Of a DNA stretch of 64,000 nucleotides, positions 1 to 9,778 are shown piece by piece. The notes under the pieces are model-generated. The model made no database searches. It saw nothing but the letters and a program-made list of their open reading frames with translations, and was not told the origin of the DNA. The stretch lies in assembly GCF_028368995.1 (NCBI RefSeq), contig NZ_JAQNDL010000002.1, forward strand, positions 32,001-96,000. The letters are read 5' to 3'. The DNA comes from Nannocystis bainbridge. GTDB taxonomy: Bacteria > Myxococcota_A > Polyangia > Nannocystales > Nannocystaceae. The translations under genes and the position numbers were made by a program. Numbering within the stretch: position 1 is the first letter of the stretch; the number at the start of each line of letters is the position of its first letter.

Positions 1-2
1 CC

Positions 3-1169
3 GATCACGAGGTCGAGGGCGGGCCGAGCTTCGAGCAGCACATGACCCTGCTGCACCGCGACGTCGCCGCGCCGCTGGTGATCGTCACCGCCGGTTACAC
101 CATCAAGACCACGACGGCGGCCCTCGGCGAGCCTGCGCTGCTGGTCGCGGCCAATCAGCTGACCGTGGAGCACCGGTTCTTCGCCGGTTCGCGGCCGAGC
201 GCGCCCGACTGGGACGACCTCGACATCCGCCAGGCCGCCACCGATCACCACCGGATCGCCGCCGCCCTGCACCCGCTGTATTCGGGCCGCTGGCTGGCGA
301 CCGGGGCGAGCAAGGGCGGGCTGGCGGCGCTTTATTTCCGCCGGTTCTTCCCGGACGACGTCGACGGCACGATCGCCTACGTGGCGCCCTACAGCCTCGA
401 GGAGTCGGACGGCCGCTACGAGGCGCGGATCGCCACTCTCGGCGACGAGGCCTGTCGCCAGGCCTTGCGCGACGTGCAGCGCGAGGTGTTGCTGCGCCGG
501 CCGGCGATGCTGGCCCGCATGGCCGAGTCATCGGCGTCGTTCGAACTGTTCGGCGCCGACGAGGTGCTCGAGACGGCCGTGCTCGATCTGCCGTTCGGGT
601 TCTGGCAGTACCAGCGGGCGAGCCTGTGCGACGCGGTGCCGGGCCCGGCGGCCGACGACGACGCCATCTGGGCGTTCTTGCAGAAAGTCAGCGCGCCGAG
701 CTCGGACCCCGACCTGCTGCGCTACGAGCCGTATTACTGGCAGGCGGCGACGCAGCTCGGCGGGGTCGCCTGCGACGAATCGTGGGTGGCCGACCTCTTG
801 CTGTTCCCGGGCTTCAACGTGCCCCGCAATTTCATCGTGCCCGGGCCCGGCAAGACCCCGGCGCCCTTCGACCCGGAGCCCTCGCAGGACGTCGCCGACT
901 GGCTGGCGACCGAGGGCGAGCGGGTGCTGCTGATCTACGGGGAGAACGATCCGTGGTCGGCCGGCGCGTTCGAGCTCGGCGACGCCAGCGATTCGTATGT
1001 GTTCCACGCGCCGGGCGAGAACCATGGGGCGCTGATCGGCGACCTGGCCGAGGCCGACCGGGCCCAGGCGATCGCGGCGCTGGAGGCGTGGGCGGGCACG
1101 CGGGCGGGTAGCGACAGGCTGGTGCGGCCACGGCCGATGCGCGAGACACTGCGGCAGTTCGGCTGGTGA
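3..1169 (+). CDS. S28/S37-family serine aminopeptidase (PS-10-like), 5'-truncated by the window edge
   Basis: The frame is open from base 3 (DHEVEGGPSFEQHM...). Motifs: VEHRFF, nucleophile elbow GASKGG, IYGENDPW and a late His (GENHGA). Confidence 0.8.
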   Translation, partial: DHEVEGGPSFEQHMTLLHRDVAAPLVIVTAGYTIKTTTAALGEPALLVAANQLTVEHRFFAGSRPSAPDWDDLDIRQAATDHHRIAAALHPLYSGRWLATGASKGGLAALYFRRFFPDDVDGTIAYVAPYSLEESDGRYEARIATLGDEACRQALRDVQREVLLRRPAMLARMAESSASFELFGADEVLETAVLDLPFGFWQYQRASLCDAVPGPAADDDAIWAFLQKVSAPSSDPDLLRYEPYYWQAATQLGGVACDESWVADLLLFPGFNVPRNFIVPGPGKTPAPFDPEPSQDVADWLATEGERVLLIYGENDPWSAGAFELGDASDSYVFHAPGENHGALIGDLAEADRAQAIAALEAWAGTRAGSDRLVRPRPMRETLRQFGW

Positions 1170-1245
1170 GCGCGTCGCGGCGAAGCTCGGCAATGGCGGC
1201 GCGAATCGGGGCAGTCGGAGCGATGATTCGGGTGCCTTGACCGTG

Positions 1246-1296
1246 AAAAAAGCCAGGCGCGAATCATGGCACCAGTGGTGTCATGATTCGCGCCTG
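1246..1296 (-). terminator. Near-perfect 43-bp palindrome followed by a U-tract on the minus strand; likely intrinsic terminator between convergent genes
   Basis: CAGGCGCGAATCATGGCACCA-G-TGGTGTCATGATTCGCGCCTG at 1254-1296 with one G:T mismatch; AAAAAA at 1246-1251. Confidence 0.65.
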
Positions 1297-1321
1297 CAGC
1301 CCAAGAGCGCTGCTCGAGCGA

Positions 1322-2917
1322 TCAGGCCGCGCGGCGGCGGCGGCGGGCCAGGGCGCCGAGCACCAGCAGGCCGAACGCCAGCGGCGGGGTGCCGGCGTCC
1401 GAGCGGCAGCCGCAGCCGCCGGCTTCACCGACGTCCGTGCCGGCGGTGCCGCTGGCGCTGCCGGCCGTGACGCCGGCGTTGCCCGTCGATGCGTCGCCGG
1501 TCGACGCGTCGGTGCTCGCCTCGGAGTCGTTGCCGGTCACGTCACCGCTGCCGCCGGTGGTCGGCGGATCGCCGGTCGGATCGTCGCCGGTGGTGGCGTC
1601 GACCTGGCACTCGGGATCGAGGCTGTCGGGCACGCACTGGCGATCGTCGAGCTGATAGACCTCGGGGCCGGCGCCCTTGACCAGGATCGGCTTGTCCCGC
1701 AGCGGCGTGCCGACCGGGATCGCATAGACCTCGGCGGCCGGGAGCGTGACGACGGTGCCGAGGTCGAGGTCCCAGTTGTCGGCGATCTCGGGGCTCGGGA
1801 TGTGGCGCCGCACGGGGCCGTCCTTGAGCCACACCTCGGGCGAATCATCGTCGGCCCGCATCATCTGCGGCGCCGGCTCGATGGCGATCCACTCGGGGAT
1901 CGCCAGCAACGTCGGATCGTCGACGGTGACCAGATCCCAGAACATGTCGAACTTCCACGCGGTGACGACCGCCGGATCGGCGATGTGGCGGCGCACGCCC
2001 GTCAACGCCGGCGGGGCGCAGGTGAACGACAGCGGGCTCTGGGACAGCTGCGGGTTCTTCTGGCCCTCGATGTCGATGCCGTAGACGTGGACCGGATGGG
2101 TGGCGTTGTCGCGCAGGCTGTTGGGGACGTCGACCTTGTAGCCGTGCGCGCACGAGCCGAGGACCATGCAAAGGTCCTCGCGGTGAATGTTGGCAGAGGT
2201 CGACACGCCGATGCCGGCCGGATCGCCGGCGGGGGCGTTGAAGTAGACGTGGACGTCGATCGACGCGTCGGGCGCGTCGGGGTCCTGGGCCCAGCCGTAG
2301 ACCGTCTCGCAATCGACGGTGTCGAGGTAGCCCTGCGGGGGGATGCTGATGTCGCACACGCCGCCGCCGGGGCCGCCGCCCCACCACTCCCAGTGCCACG
2401 GCTCGCCAGGCACGGTCTCGGTGAAACCGAACGCGCCGCCGTTGGCGTTGAGCCAGTTATAGACGCCGGGGGTGGCGGTGTTGATGTCGAGCGCGTGGCC
2501 GCTCTGGTGATTCGACCAGCCGGGCTTGGCCGCCAGGTTGCAGCTGTTGCAGCTGCAGTTGATGTAGCAGTTGTAGAGGTACTCCTGCTCCGACATGGTG
2601 CGGAAGCCGCTGTTGATGTGCATGTCGACGCCGGCCGCGGCCGCGGCCTCGCGCATGACCCAGTAGGCGTTGGCGGTGTCCTTCTCGACCGGGCGCCCGT
2701 CGATGTGCACGACGGTGATCTCGAACGGGTTGCCGCTCGAGTAGCCGGTGTCCGTGCTCTGACTGCAATCGACCGGCGCCGGGTGCTCGCCGACGTCGGG
2801 CGGGATCGTCAATTCACAGACGTCCGCGTATTCGTGCGGGCCGTCGGCGCGAGCGGTGGACGGGGCCACGCAAAGGGCGGCGAGTACGGCGAGTCGGAGC
2901 GAGGTCGCGGTCGGCAT
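1322..2917 (-). CDS. M15B (VanY-like) D-Ala-D-Ala carboxypeptidase-domain protein with signal peptide and MYXO-CTERM tail
   Basis: Signal peptide MPTATSLRLAVLAALCVAPSTARA. M15B motifs INSGFR, SNHQSGHALD and EPWHW. C-terminus GCGCRSD...LAFGLLVLGALARRRRRAA. Confidence 0.8.
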   Translation of the reverse strand: MPTATSLRLAVLAALCVAPSTARADGPHEYADVCELTIPPDVGEHPAPVDCSQSTDTGYSSGNPFEITVVHIDGRPVEKDTANAYWVMREAAAAAGVDMHINSGFRTMSEQEYLYNCYINCSCNSCNLAAKPGWSNHQSGHALDINTATPGVYNWLNANGGAFGFTETVPGEPWHWEWWGGGPGGGVCDISIPPQGYLDTVDCETVYGWAQDPDAPDASIDVHVYFNAPAGDPAGIGVSTSANIHREDLCMVLGSCAHGYKVDVPNSLRDNATHPVHVYGIDIEGQKNPQLSQSPLSFTCAPPALTGVRRHIADPAVVTAWKFDMFWDLVTVDDPTLLAIPEWIAIEPAPQMMRADDDSPEVWLKDGPVRRHIPSPEIADNWDLDLGTVVTLPAAEVYAIPVGTPLRDKPILVKGAGPEVYQLDDRQCVPDSLDPECQVDATTGDDPTGDPPTTGGSGDVTGNDSEASTDASTGDASTGNAGVTAGSASGTAGTDVGEAGGCGCRSDAGTPPLAFGLLVLGALARRRRRAA

Positions 2918-3008
2918 GGAGGCGCACCGTATCACGGGGCGCGCGGGGACGAGTGGGGACCGCCGACGCGTCGGCAGATGAAGGTCGTCTGGGGCCTGTG
3001 GGCCGCGG

Positions 3009-3626
3009 GTGGTGCACGACGGCGAGTTCACCCATTGCCCCGAACATGGACCGGGCGCGGGAGCGCGGCGCGAGGCGCAGGCACTGCCGACAGCGCGGAT
3101 GGCTGGCCGCGAAGCGCTCGCCTGTCGGGGCCGGACCTCGCGTGAGCGAGGGCTTCGAAGTCGGTGCTTCGGCGCGCGGTTCCCGTTCGCGCGGCGGGAG
3201 CAGTCGGCCCGGCTCGCGGCGCGGGCGTGGCACCGCGAGCCCGAGACCACCGGGGCCATGCTCAGCAACCTGCGGGTCGACGACGCCCGCTGGAACAGCG
3301 TGATCGTGCCGCGGCAGGCCCGACTGACCCGCCACGATCCGTTCGTGCACGTGCTGCGCGTCGATCCGCCGATCCCGCGCGGCAGGCCGCAGGAGCAGGT
3401 GCTGGGCCCGGGGGTGTTCGCGCCGGAGGAGTTCCGCCGGCGCTTCGAGGCGGCGCGGCGGCAAAGCCGACGGTCGGCGCTCGAGCTGCGGTATCAGGGG
3501 CAGTCGCTGAAGAGCCGCGACCTGGCGGTCGACCTCGGCCTCGTGGGCTTCGCGGCCTCGCTGCCGGCGCGGCCGCTGGAGCAACCGGTCCTGGCGCTGC
3601 GCGGCCCGCAGCACTGTGTGCATTGA
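3009..3626 (+). CDS. Hypothetical protein, possibly a C-terminal gene fragment
   Basis: Only the part from about 3240 (ETTGAMLSNLRVDDARWNSVIVP...PQHCVH) reads like real coding sequence; the start is uncertain. Confidence 0.35.
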   Translation: MVHDGEFTHCPEHGPGAGARREAQALPTARMAGREALACRGRTSRERGLRSRCFGARFPFARREQSARLAARAWHREPETTGAMLSNLRVDDARWNSVIVPRQARLTRHDPFVHVLRVDPPIPRGRPQEQVLGPGVFAPEEFRRRFEAARRQSRRSALELRYQGQSLKSRDLAVDLGLVGFAASLPARPLEQPVLALRGPQHCVH

Positions 3627-3671
3627 GCCGGCGACGCGCCGGTCACGGCGGTCGAGTTCGAGGGCGGAAGA

Positions 3672-4199
3672 TCAATCGCCGAGCAGCTCGTCGAGCGCCT
3701 GCCACATCGCGGCGAAGCGGTCGCTGTAGAGCGCCGCGCGGAAGTCGGGCTGCTCGCGGCGATAGACGTCGCGCATGCTCGAGCGCGTGACCGTCGAGTA
3801 ACCGGCGTTGGCGAGGCGGTCGCAGATCTTGACGAAGGTGGCGACGTGGCTGGCGCGGATGCCCGCGTAGTAGCGGGCGTCGGCTCGCTCCTTGCGCGTG
3901 CGGCCCTTCTCATTGGTCAGGGCGTACGCGACCTCGGCGACGGCCTCGTTCGTGGCCTGCTTGACGTCGTTGTAAGTCTGGCGGGCGTCCTCGATGGCGT
4001 CGTGCACCCAGGCGCCGGCGAGGGCGATCGGCCGCTCGTCCTCGGCGAGCAAATGGACGAACTGGAGCGCGTGCTCGACGACCATGCTCAAGTGGGTCGC
4101 GTAGGGCCGGCCGTCGTAGAGGTGATTCGTGTCCGCGTGCGCGCGCGTGGCGTAGTGCTGGGCCGCCTGCACCAGGGGGTGGAGTAGGAGCTCCTTCAT
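3672..4199 (-). CDS. Stand-alone HD-domain protein of RelA/SpoT hydrolase type (small alarmone hydrolase / Mesh1-like)
   Basis: Motifs AH...YDGRPYATH, AWVHDAIED, ALTNEKG and VKICDRLAN; strong GGAGGAGG RBS before the ATG at 4199. Confidence 0.75.
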   Translation of the reverse strand: MKELLLHPLVQAAQHYATRAHADTNHLYDGRPYATHLSMVVEHALQFVHLLAEDERPIALAGAWVHDAIEDARQTYNDVKQATNEAVAEVAYALTNEKGRTRKERADARYYAGIRASHVATFVKICDRLANAGYSTVTRSSMRDVYRREQPDFRAALYSDRFAAMWQALDELLGD

Positions 4200-4424
4200 G
4201 TCCCTCCTCCATACACCCGCGAGGCCGGTCGCTTCAAAGCGCGAGGGAGCTCGCCGCCGCGGGTGTCTCTCGGGACAGCTCACGCCTCGTGGACAGTCTG
4301 CAGCGGCTGGGGCGCACCGGCGCGCGGTCGTTCGTCCGCCGGGGTCGAGCGCGGTCGCTGACGCGTCGGCAGATCCGGTTCGCGCGCCCACGAGCGCGTG
4401 CTCCGTGTCATACTGCCGAGCAGC

Positions 4425-6359
4425 ATGCGCGCGATCAGCAGGCTCTCTCTCGTCACTCTATGGGCCGGATCGATGGGGGCCTGTGCCGGGGGAGAGGGCT
4501 CGGAGAGCCGCGGAGGGACTGCCACCGAGACGACCGTCGGCGCGATGACGGCCACCGAGGCGACCGCCGGCACGGCCACCGACGCCCCGACCGGCACCGA
4601 CTCTGCCAGCGGCGCCAGCGAGGGCAGCGGGACCGACTCGGCGACGGTGGGCACGACCGCGACGCCGCCGACGACCACCGATCCGACCACCACCGATGGC
4701 GTCACGACCGACGCGGTCACCTCCACCGACACCGCCTCGACCACCGGTGAGCCGTGCGAACCGGTGCAGTGCTCGCCCGACCTCAAGGGGCTCGAGTGCG
4801 ACGGGCAGATCGTGTCGACCTGCGAGGACGACTCGTACTGCGTCGACGGCGTGTGCACGCCGCTGGCGCCGTGCGAGGCGGCCGCGCTGCTGCAGGGCAG
4901 CGAGGGCTGCGAGTTCTGGGCCGTGAAGACGCAGACCACCAAATCCGGCGGGTGCTTCGCGGCGTTCGTCGCCAACACCTGGGACGAGCCGGTCCACATC
5001 GAGGTCGAGTACGACGGCCAGAGCCTCGACGTCGCCGGCTTCACGCGGATCCCCCAGGGCCAGGGCGAGGGCATCAGCTATGCCCCGTACGATCCGGGGG
5101 CCGGGCTGCCGGTCGGGCAGGTCGCGCTGGTGTTCCTGTCCCGAGGGACAGGTGACAACCCCGACTGCCCGGCCCCCGCGGGCGTGGCGGCCGAGACCGA
5201 GGTGGTCGGGACCGGGCGCGGCAAGGGGTTCCGCATCACCACCGATCGGCCGGTCGCCGCCTATCAGATGCTGCCGTACGGCGGCGGCTCGGTGGCGATC
5301 ACCTCGGCGACGTTGATGCTGCCGACCAGCGTGTGGGACACCAACTACGTGGTCGTCAACGCCTACGCGCAGAGCGTCGCGGTGCCCGCGGCGCGGCCGC
5401 TGTGGGCCATCGTCGCTGGCGAGGACGGCACCGAGGTGACGCTCGATCCGAAGGTCGCCGTCGTCGGCGGCCCCGACGTGGCCGCCGGCGCGGCCGGGGT
5501 GCCGATTCAGTACACCCTCGATCGCGGCGAGACGATCCAGTTCGCGCAGTCGGCCGAGCTGACCGGCTCGCCGCTGGTCGCCAACAAGCCGGTCGGCGTG
5601 TTCGGCGGGGCCAGCTGCTTCAACGTGCCGGTGGGGGCCTCGTACTGCGACGGCGCGCACCAGCAGATCCCGCCGATCAAGGCGCTGGGCAGCGCCTACG
5701 TGGCGGTGCGTTACAAGAACCGGCTGGCGATGGGCGTCGAGGAGACGCCGCCGTGGCGGCTGGTCGGCACGGTCGACGGGACCATGTTGACGTGGGAGCC
5801 GGGCAAGCCGGCCGGCGCGCCCGACACCTTGTCTTTGGGACAGGTCGCCGAATTCGCCGCGGCGGGGCCGTTCACGGTCCGCAGCCAGGACAGCGAGCAC
5901 CCGTTCTATTTCGCCGGCTACATGACCGGCGGGCAGCTCCACGACAACCGCGGCGACCCCGAATGGGTCAACGTGATCCCGTCGGAGCAGTACCTCGATC
6001 GCTACGTGTTCTTCACCGACCCGACCTACTCCGAGACCAGCCTGGTGGTCGTGCGGCGCAAGCAGGACGGCGCCTACGCCGACGTCACGCTCGGCTGCGC
6101 CGGCGTGCTGGACGGCTGGGCGGCGGTCGACGACGAGCACGAGTACACCCGCGTCGACCTGGTGACCGGCAACTTCGAGGACGTCGGCGGGTGCTCGAAC
6201 GGCCGCCACGAGATCTCGAGCGCCAACCCGATCGGCGTGACGGTGTGGGGCTGGGGCTCGCCGGAGTCGGTCGATTTCTACACGCTGAACGTGTCGTACG
6301 CGTACCCGGCAGGGGCGGCGATCCGGCCGATCAACGACGTGACGATCATGCCGCAGTGA
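4425..6359 (+). CDS. Lipoprotein with Thr-rich linker and IgGFc-binding-protein N-terminal-like domain
   Basis: Lipobox-like SMGAC; motifs GCEFWAV, SATLMLPTSVWDTNY, HQQIPP, GDP and SYAYPAG. Confidence 0.75.
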   Translation: MRAISRLSLVTLWAGSMGACAGGEGSESRGGTATETTVGAMTATEATAGTATDAPTGTDSASGASEGSGTDSATVGTTATPPTTTDPTTTDGVTTDAVTSTDTASTTGEPCEPVQCSPDLKGLECDGQIVSTCEDDSYCVDGVCTPLAPCEAAALLQGSEGCEFWAVKTQTTKSGGCFAAFVANTWDEPVHIEVEYDGQSLDVAGFTRIPQGQGEGISYAPYDPGAGLPVGQVALVFLSRGTGDNPDCPAPAGVAAETEVVGTGRGKGFRITTDRPVAAYQMLPYGGGSVAITSATLMLPTSVWDTNYVVVNAYAQSVAVPAARPLWAIVAGEDGTEVTLDPKVAVVGGPDVAAGAAGVPIQYTLDRGETIQFAQSAELTGSPLVANKPVGVFGGASCFNVPVGASYCDGAHQQIPPIKALGSAYVAVRYKNRLAMGVEETPPWRLVGTVDGTMLTWEPGKPAGAPDTLSLGQVAEFAAAGPFTVRSQDSEHPFYFAGYMTGGQLHDNRGDPEWVNVIPSEQYLDRYVFFTDPTYSETSLVVVRRKQDGAYADVTLGCAGVLDGWAAVDDEHEYTRVDLVTGNFEDVGGCSNGRHEISSANPIGVTVWGWGSPESVDFYTLNVSYAYPAGAAIRPINDVTIMPQ

Positions 6360-6436
6360 GCCGCGGGCTCGCGACCTGATGCGCGCGGCCGCGACGAGCG
6401 AGCCGCGCGCGCCGGTTGTCGCGGCGGCGCGGAGAA

Positions 6437-6817
6437 TCAGTTGAGGAGGCGGCCCGGCGGGCGCGGCGGTCGAGGTCGGCCGCGCGAGCGATCGAGCCGG
6501 CCGCGGTCGTAGAGGGCCATGCGGTAGAGGTGCCCGCGCTCGCAGAAGAAGGTGATCGTGCAATAGCCGTCGCCGTGGATCGAGGTCGGCAGATCGATCC
6601 ACGACACGTGAATCGGCTGCGCGTCGAGCTCGGCCAGGCGGTCGCGCACCAGCGGCAGGCCCTCTGCCAGCGCGTCGAGGTCGTGCCAGACGCCGGGTTC
6701 GGCGGCGAACAGGCGGGTCAGGAGCGGCTCGTGGCGCCGCTCGCTGACCAGATCGGCCGCCAGGTCTTCGAGCAGCAGCTCGGCGTCGACGGGTTCGTCG
6801 GGGTCGTGGTCCGTCAA
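6437..6817 (-). CDS. Small hypothetical protein
   Basis: High-GC3 frame (DEPVDAELLLEDLAADL...WIDLPTSIHGDGYCTITFFCERG); TTG start inferred. Confidence 0.5.
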   Translation of the reverse strand: MTDHDPDEPVDAELLLEDLAADLVSERRHEPLLTRLFAAEPGVWHDLDALAEGLPLVRDRLAELDAQPIHVSWIDLPTSIHGDGYCTITFFCERGHLYRMALYDRGRLDRSRGRPRPPRPPGRLLN

Positions 6818-7513
6818 TGGAAGCTCAGGGGGCGACCGGCGCGGCCGGTCGCGAGGTCGGGGAGCGGGGCAACGTTCGGGGTGCTGACAATCGTGCGGAG
6901 CTCGCATTGGTGGCGGACGAACTCTCGCAGGAGGGGCCCGGGACGCCGGTCTTCGAGGTTGCCATCGGCCGCCGCCGGGGGCTCGTGCGCGGCCCGGCAG
7001 CCGCGTCCTTGCACCTGCATGCGTCGGCGAAACAGCCGTCGAGACCGCCGAGATCGCACCGCTCGCGGCGGCTCGCACCGGAACCGTTTTTCGTCCTATC
7101 GGAGGTCGAAGCGGGCGGCGTCGGGCCGTGATCGTCGACCGTCGCCGTCGCCGACGTGGGGTCCGTGGTCGTGGTCGCGGTCCGGCCCGATCGGCAGGGG
7201 GCCTTCGCGGGTGCCATCCGATCGTCGCTGCAAGCCGACGCGGGCGGGGGCCCGCGCCGGGGCGTGGCGGTCAAACGGCGTGCTCCGGTCATTGCGTTCG
7301 AGATCTTCGGCAGGACCGGGGCCCGCTTCAAGGCATGCGCGTCGGCGCTCGACCTGTCTCGGGCGAAAGCCGCGGCGGGCGAATGGGTGTGCACCGTTTC
7401 GCACACCGTGCGGAGCATGACGGCAGTGGCAGTCCTGTGCCGCGATTGGGGGGACGCTTTTGTTCGCAGAGGTCCCTGGTTGCCGAGGGGAGCTCGAGGG
7501 TATGTTCCCGCGC

Positions 7514-9619
7514 ATGCGAGTAAGCGATTGTACGAAGCGTCACATCCTTGGTTATTTGCTGGGCGCGGCGCCGGGCCTGGTGCTGCTGAGCGCGTGTCCG
7601 AACACGCCGGCCACCACCACGGATTCCGGCACCGAGACGGAGACCTCCTCGGGCACGGATACGACCGGCTCGATGACGACCACGCCGGACCCGACCGTGC
7701 CGACGACCGGCCCGACGACGACCGAGGGCGGGACCGAGACGACGACCGGGCCGGCCACCGACACTGACACCGACACCGACTCCGACACCGACACCGGCGG
7801 GCCGGGGGTGTGCGGCGACGGCAACGTCGACCCGATGGAGCAGTGTGACAACGGGGCCAACAACGACGACAACGCCGCCTGCACCTCGGAGTGCAAGGAG
7901 AACGTGTGCGGCGACGGCAAGGTCGGCCCCGGCGAGGGCTGCGACGAGGGCCCCGACAACGGCGGCGAGACCTGCAAAGAGAATTGCAGCGTCCCGAGCT
8001 GCGGCGACGGCAACGTCGACCTCAACGAGGAGTGCGACGACGCCAACGACGAGAACGCCGACGAGTGCACCAATACGTGCACCAGCGCGACCTGCGGCGA
8101 CGGCTTCCAGCAGGAGAGCAACACCGAGGAGTGTGACGACGGCGTGGCCAACGGCGCCAACGCGACCTGCACGCCCGAGTGCAAGGCCAACGTCTGCGGC
8201 GACGGCTTCGCGTTCATCGAGGGCGGCGAGCAGTGCGACGCCGGCAAGGACAACGGCGCCAACCAGACCTGCCTCGAGGGCTGCATCCTCAACGTCTGCG
8301 GCGACTCCGACGTCGGCCCGGGCGAGACCTGCGACGACGGCAACACCGACGAGGGCGACGGCTGCGGCCCGAGCTGCACCCTCGAGGGCTGCGGCAACGA
8401 GATCGTCGACGTGATGGAAGGCTGCGACGACGGCGCCAACGGCGACCAGGACGACGGCTGCACCGACCTGTGCCAGCTGCCCAAGTGCGGCGACGAGTTC
8501 GTGCAGGCCAGCCTGATGGAGGAGTGCGACACCGGGGCCGCCAACAGCAACTCCGGCGACTGCACCCTGCAGTGCAAGAACGCCAAGTGCGGCGACGGCA
8601 ACGTCCTCGCCAACGTCGAGCAGTGCGACGACGGGGTCGCCAACGGCGACGACAAGGCGTGCCTCTCGACCTGCGTGTCCGCCAAGTGCGGCGACGGCAA
8701 GGTCCAGGCCGGGGTCGAGCAGTGCGACGACGCCAACATGAGCAACGAGGACGGCTGCACCAACGTGTGCAAGCTGGCGTCCTGCGGCGACGGCTTCATG
8801 CAGGCCGGCGAGCAGTGCGACGACGGCAACATGGACGCGACCGACGCCTGCACCAACGCCTGCAAGCCGGCCGCCTGCGGCGACGGCTTCGTCCAGGCCG
8901 GCGTCGAGGAGTGCGACGACGGCAACCTGACGCTGACCGACGGCTGCGTGGCGATGTGCAAGGCCAACAAGTGCGGCGACGGCCACATCAACATCGGCGT
9001 CGAGCAGTGCGAGGACGGCAACGTCAGCGCCGGCGACGGCTGCAGCCCGACCTGTCAGTTCGAGCAGCCCAACGAGACCGTCAAGAAGAACGCGCTCGGC
9101 CTGGCGATCCCCGACAACGGCTACAACGGCACCATCGCCTCGATGGCCTGCACCACGATGAACGTCAGCGGCGGCGGCAACGGCACGGTCAAGGACGTGA
9201 CGCTGCGGATCGGGATCACCCACCCGTTCATCGGCGACCTGTCGATCAAGGTCGTCAATCCGGCCAACCAGGTCGTGACGGTCATGCTCAGCCCGGGCAT
9301 CATCGAGGCCTTCGACGACGGTGGCTCCTACATCGGCGACGGGACGGACCTGGACGCGGCGTACCCGGTGTTCTTCCGCGACACCGGGACCACCGACGCC
9401 GAGGCGATGGGCGGCACCATCGCCAGCGACAAGGTCGTGTGCAAGGACGACTTCCTCTGCGACTTCAAGCCGAACCCCGGCAAGGGCCCCGGCCCGAACC
9501 TGGCGGCGTTCGCCGGCAGCATGGGCGCCGGCAACTGGCAGGTTTGCGTCGGCGACAACTACGTCAGCGACGCCGGCTCGTTCCAGTCGGCCGAGCTGAC
9601 GGTCGTTTTCAACCAGTGA
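7514..9619 (+). CDS. Lipoprotein with about 13 myxococcal Cys-rich (DUF4215-type) repeats and a C-terminal proprotein-convertase P-like domain
   Basis: LLSAC lipobox; 13 CG(D/N)x...E.CD.G repeats counted; C-terminal AIPDN...ITHPFIGDL...GNWQVCVGD. Confidence 0.85.
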   Translation: MRVSDCTKRHILGYLLGAAPGLVLLSACPNTPATTTDSGTETETSSGTDTTGSMTTTPDPTVPTTGPTTTEGGTETTTGPATDTDTDTDSDTDTGGPGVCGDGNVDPMEQCDNGANNDDNAACTSECKENVCGDGKVGPGEGCDEGPDNGGETCKENCSVPSCGDGNVDLNEECDDANDENADECTNTCTSATCGDGFQQESNTEECDDGVANGANATCTPECKANVCGDGFAFIEGGEQCDAGKDNGANQTCLEGCILNVCGDSDVGPGETCDDGNTDEGDGCGPSCTLEGCGNEIVDVMEGCDDGANGDQDDGCTDLCQLPKCGDEFVQASLMEECDTGAANSNSGDCTLQCKNAKCGDGNVLANVEQCDDGVANGDDKACLSTCVSAKCGDGKVQAGVEQCDDANMSNEDGCTNVCKLASCGDGFMQAGEQCDDGNMDATDACTNACKPAACGDGFVQAGVEECDDGNLTLTDGCVAMCKANKCGDGHINIGVEQCEDGNVSAGDGCSPTCQFEQPNETVKKNALGLAIPDNGYNGTIASMACTTMNVSGGGNGTVKDVTLRIGITHPFIGDLSIKVVNPANQVVTVMLSPGIIEAFDDGGSYIGDGTDLDAAYPVFFRDTGTTDAEAMGGTIASDKVVCKDDFLCDFKPNPGKGPGPNLAAFAGSMGAGNWQVCVGDNYVSDAGSFQSAELTVVFNQ

Positions 9620-9625
9620 ACCGGG

Positions 9626-9653
9626 CGTCGGGGCGGTGAACGCCGCCCCGGCG
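9626..9653 (+). terminator. GC-rich hairpin just after the Cys-rich gene; no U-tract
   Basis: CGTCGGGGCGGTG-AA-CGCCGCCCCGGCG. Confidence 0.35.
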
Positions 9654-9778
9654 AAACGTGTTCCATGTGATCGGCCGATCGCACGCGCGTACCGGCCTCG
9701 TGAGCGGCGTTCAGGGAGGCGGTCCCAGCGCTGCTCTCGGCTTGCTCGTGCCGGCTGTGCGGGCAGGCAAAACGCGCT

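Noticed and set aside
6825-7460. ORFs between the small hypothetical gene and the Cys-rich gene
   Set aside because: Codon bias is weak and there are no recognisable motifs; left unannotated.
9659-9674. parS-like TGTTCCATGTGATCGG
   Set aside because: The right half does not match and the site is not palindromic.
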